A stretch of DNA of 63,317 bases, the filler included, from Hausera hauseri (lineage: Eukaryota), in NCBI GenBank assembly GCA_046269625.1. It is 11 parts of 11 records of this genome, joined end to end, with 100 filler letters (N's around TTAATTAATTAA, not from the genome) between each part and the next. Parts side by side here need not be neighbours in the genome. Positions count along the whole stretch, not along the records: positions 58,546 to 63,317 come from JBJURY010441801.1; 10 more parts are not named here. The stretch is one strand, 5' to 3'. The notes under the pieces were generated by a model that was not told the origin of the DNA, did no database searches, and saw nothing but the letters and a program-made list of their open reading frames with translations. The translations under genes and the position numbers were made by a program. Below are positions 62,901 to 63,317 of the stretch, piece after piece (positions within the stretch are counted from its first letter, which is position 1; each line of letters opens with the position of its first letter).

Positions 62901-63317
62901 TTTAGGTCTATCTTCAGTTTGCTGATATTTGAGTAACTTAGAACCCGAGCGACTAGGCGGGCGAACAACAATAGATGGACTTGGACTTCGTTGAGATTTC
63001 TCTTTAGGGCTCTTCATGACATCATTAAATTCATCTTCAACATGCTGATATTTAGGCAATACAGAAGTAGCACGACTTGGTCGACGAATGTTAATTGATG
63101 AAATTGAACTTCTTAGAGATTTTTCTTTAGAGTTTTTCATATCTTTAGGTATATCTTCGGATTGTTGATATTTAGGAACTACAGAACTCGTACGTGTAGG
63201 ATGACGAACGCCAGTTGATGGACTCGGACTTCTTTGAGATTTTTCCTTAATGCCTCCCATACCATCTTTAAGATTATCATCAATTTGTTGATACTTTTGC
63301 GACGCCAAACTTACATG
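59907..63317 (-). CDS. Large Ser/Lys-rich tandem-repeat protein of unknown function, 5' incomplete
   Basis: 3.4-kb stop-free frame, open to the window end. About 41-aa repeats starting (K/N)YQQ, with SQRSPSPS motifs. Confidence 0.8.
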   Translation of the reverse strand, partial: HVSLASQKYQQIDDNLKDGMGGIKEKSQRSPSPSTGVRHPTRTSSVVPKYQQSEDIPKDMKNSKEKSLRSSISSINIRRPSRATSVLPKYQHVEDEFNDVMKSPKEKSQRSPSPSIVVRPPSRSGSKLLKYQQTEDRPKDAKKGLDEASQRISSSSHSFHKLSHEKHMIPNYQQTEKKSKDIVSGITEKSQRSPSPSNGVRPASRTGSKLPNYQKTEDRPKDAKKGLDEVSQRISSSSHSFHKLSHEKHMMPNYQQIENKSKDVVRANREKSQRNSSPSTGVHQPSRTSPMMPQYQQTENRSKDAKKGLDEVSQRISSSSHTFHKLSHEKHMMPNYQQIENKSKDVIRDNREKSQRSPSPSIVVPQNKQTGSALYKYQTEDKSNDLIGVTKKISQKSPSRQFDRRSKMDDSKFDSSGGLNKPSGSTLALAKYQQTEDRSKDSMINAKVKSQRYPSPSTAVHNVDRVSKSSDSNVKLGSRYAGSTVAHYQQTEDEYDDFMKGAIGKTYRSPSPASTLGPPSDKSLHVRSKNVEKPESTVVSSFRDSDEGRLTLSFPKSVTSQGGIKKGMGKNSKSVDPRELDDGRFSKYDFKIDKSGMLSDSHRNCDCVTCKSKKNYINLGSNDKCNRNKMGKRLLSKATGVYDDECDEDSWSSDSKRLNNVGNYLIEVLDKSEHSKASSLNNESSISSTGIKVLLKSENFVKLAETAKVFDDLNLGMHVVSQAGQKAEHEDKNVLNTKPDTSVQVELEAQTLYQNINSDDSDVLKIDSLKVLKFDDPQLNLMSSAVKGHERNTDANEAYEKVPKRETDSSKTIININIQSHVVTEDYHPHIEYIEDEIDIDSKSTFKNETTAQALLIPTNNELKYGKSSSNSSRPLFTSEKYVDLELGKVVDFLSNYDSLGLRIIKEDSDMLTSQPKSDSISDRIVKKRSGEIVKPIETHSTSEMDSVISGVIQVRITTNSESYDDRTRLPERSLFLLGYKNDYKNTDNLELTTDIDSSSFNKSVKSFKFSVLGKDERKCFSTSFIQKESEDQKGVSSEHVASSEFETVTTIKSPEQTEATENLESVKEMVPKSQHDNKPISVSEINVSDNAQYDKNPNSITLLSELSFTETGIVKNDPTFIESIQITGISSISQI

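Overview
This window is not one locus. It is 11 unrelated eukaryotic contigs joined by an artificial 100-nt spacer (N44-TTAATTAATTAA-N44), apparently from several organisms. (1) 1-5036: UBR4-like gene with twelve 37-43 nt introns and AT-rich, degenerate-looking ends. (2) 5137-12201: decayed Ty3/gypsy gag-PR-RT plus a decayed Maverick/Polinton-type protein-primed DNA polymerase B. (3) 12302-21398: insect-like contig with an R4/Dong non-LTR element ending in (TAA)n, a divergent H2B/H2A pair, rDNA intergenic spacer, ETS and the 5' part of 18S rRNA. (4) 21499-25971: decayed hATm-like transposon, a MITE and gypsy gag/PR. (5) 26072-30937: NACHT/TEP1-like pseudogene, a hAT transposase split by a 379-bp insert carrying a minimal hammerhead ribozyme, a tRNA-SINE and a CYP first coding exon. 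(6) 31038-35505: CtBP gene with two lesions. (7) 35606-39943: intronless lysosomal alpha-mannosidase. (8) 40044-46563: decayed Ty3/gypsy element whose apparent single polyprotein runs coiled-coil / ubiquitin-like / AT-hook / chuvirus-like glycoprotein / protease / RT, i.e. env BEFORE pol. (9) 46664-51533: 3' end of an LTR element carrying a REX4/ISG20-like exonuclease fold and a RING finger ahead of PPT and LTR, then a mariner relic. (10) 51634-58445: BEL/Pao and gypsy pol relics. (11) 58546-63317: a teleost-like rif1 exon and V-SINE scaffolded across a gap to an AT-rich 1100+ aa tandem-repeat ORF. The strongest candidates for undescribed biology are the cargo-laden retroelements (contigs 8 and 9), the histone-rDNA-Dong linkage and the hammerhead insert. 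All family assignments come from motif recognition by eye; no searches were run.
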